Shown here: one piece after another, positions 62,519-64,000 of the stretch | How positions within the stretch are numbered: the stretch's first letter is position 1 | How the letters are laid out: the number at the start of each line of letters is the position of its first letter | From: Geosiphon pyriformis uo1 | Lineage: Eukaryota > Fungi > Glomeromycota | DNA: 64,000 nucleotides | NCBI GenBank assembly: GCA_016748015.1 | Contig: JAAOMT010000484.1 | Location: 195,443-259,442 of the forward strand | Direction of reading: 5' to 3' | Made by a program: the position numbers and the translations under genes | The notes under the pieces: generated by a model | Databases searched by the model: none | What the model saw: only the letters and a program-made list of their open reading frames with translations | What the model was told of the DNA's origin: nothing

Positions 62519-63514
62519 AGTGGCGTAAAAAGATTTAAAGCATGAAGTTTGATATTTGTATTTTTTTTAACAAAAACTTTAAAAAATAGGGCATGCGATT
62601 GGAGTAATGGTTTTAATTTTAAGTGCAATTTTTCTTATCTAAATTTAATATTTTTGGAGACTCTTAAAACAATCAAAGGTTTACATTTGTCTTTTGAAAA
62701 CTTAAATATACCAATATAGTGGCTTTCCTCTAATAATATATCGAGTGTTAATATAATTATAAAATGATTTTTAGTGAAAACCAATTGACAATTTGTATTC
62801 CCAATATTTAAAATTGTAAAAGAATTTCAGCCAATTAAAAAAGCTATAAACCACCTTCTTATGACTCAATTTTTCTGTATAAAGTATTTAATATTCGCAT
62901 TTGAAAAATAAAATTAAATGAGAATCCATTAAACAATAAAAAGTTTTCTAAAAAAACATGGAAATAAAAATCTAAATAAATTTACACAATTAATAATTTT
63001 TATATTAACTTTCGATTAATTGCAACATTTAGAAAAACAGAATTCAAAGTATTTATGCTATTTTTTTCTATTTTAATATGAAATGAACCAAGCTAACAAT
63101 TGGTTAACCAATTTTTTATATTTCAATTTAGGTGATTTAAAAATATAAGTACCTGTCACTTATTTACATTTATTGGAATATTACTTTAATTGAAAAAATA
63201 GCAATTTGATTACATATTTTAGTTATTTAATGTAATAATTATCTTAAACAGTAATAGAATTTTGCAATTATGTAGTCACAAATTCAAAGAATCTTTTTGA
63301 AATTTTAGACTAGCATTAATATTGTAGGTTTTAACAAATATAAATTAAGGTTTTAATCAATTTTTAATTCTTAATTATTGTTTTGGAACATATTATTAAA
63401 TTTCAATGTCGTTTTTGAGTTATTTAATTACTGATAAAAATTTTTTTAATATTATTAAAATTTAGGCAATTGAAAATAGCATTTATTAACAAGATTATAA
63501 ATTATAATAAAATT

Positions 63515-64000
63515 TTTACTCTTTATCTCCTTATTTTCATGACCACGACCAAAACAAAGAGTAAAAAAGCCGCACTTAATATTTTTTCTAAGATATCTAA
63601 TATAGTTTCAACCAAAGAAGTTTTTTCTGTTGTAAAAGCAGCTAGACAGAACGTTTTGGAAGCTTTTTCTTAGTTAGTAATATTGAAAAGCTGCCTTTAA
63701 TGACCACTAAAACATCTTTTTTGTTTTTAACTGGTTCTTTACTGGTTAAAGTCTCTTCAAAGAAACATACTTAGGTTAGTTCCAGTGTTGTCTCTACTTT
63801 TTTCAAGAGCCCAAAAGTGTTTAACAACAGGCCAATTAACAAGCTGGTTTTTTTTTCATGGTTTTTATATTTAGTGCTGCTAGCACTACTTCTTCAAAAA
63901 ATAATCAAAATAACCAAAGTTTTAAGTAAGTAAAAGCAGTTGTTTATCTTTGCTATTATTATACCAAATCCTTTTGTGGTTTTTAATGAGATCTTAAATA
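63515..64000 (+). mobile_element. 5' end of a diverged family S half-LINE (S4), truncated by the window end
   Basis: ACTCTTTATCTCCTTATTTTCATGACCACG start; MTTTKTKSKKAA...AARQNVL...KSPKVFNNRPINKLVF matches S1-S3. Confidence 0.8.

Overview
Eukaryotic, intron-containing fungal DNA. The WTSGN-type tyrosine-kinase-like kinase, the class-3 lipase and the repeat families suggest Glomeromycotina (AM-fungus/Geosiphon-like); this is inference. About 48 kb (1-47970) is a CpG-depleted nest of decayed retroelements. It holds three copies of Ty3/Gypsy family A, one Ty3/Gypsy family B copy with a dUTPase, one full-length RNase H-bearing LINE with TSDs, and a second truncated LINE. It also holds three complete copies of a ~2.4 kb ORF1-only non-autonomous 'half-LINE' (family S); the start of a fourth copy lies at the window end. 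After the nest come a CpG-retaining gene island (AT-hook/bromodomain protein, TKL kinase), a ~3.7 kb extremely AT-rich tract, an inverted-repeat element and a class-3 lipase-like gene lacking the catalytic Ser. Two observations stand out. (i) The half-LINE and the autonomous LINE share a ~135-nt covarying multi-branch 3' RNA structure and a 5' motif. (ii) Both Gypsy families encode integrase as a separate ORF after a stop-terminated RT-RNase H, and family A adds an unknown ORF3 running into the 3' LTR. The 2.74 kb perfect duplication around the 20-N gap is most likely an assembly artefact. All alignments and folds were done by eye, so boundaries are approximate unless a TSD is quoted.
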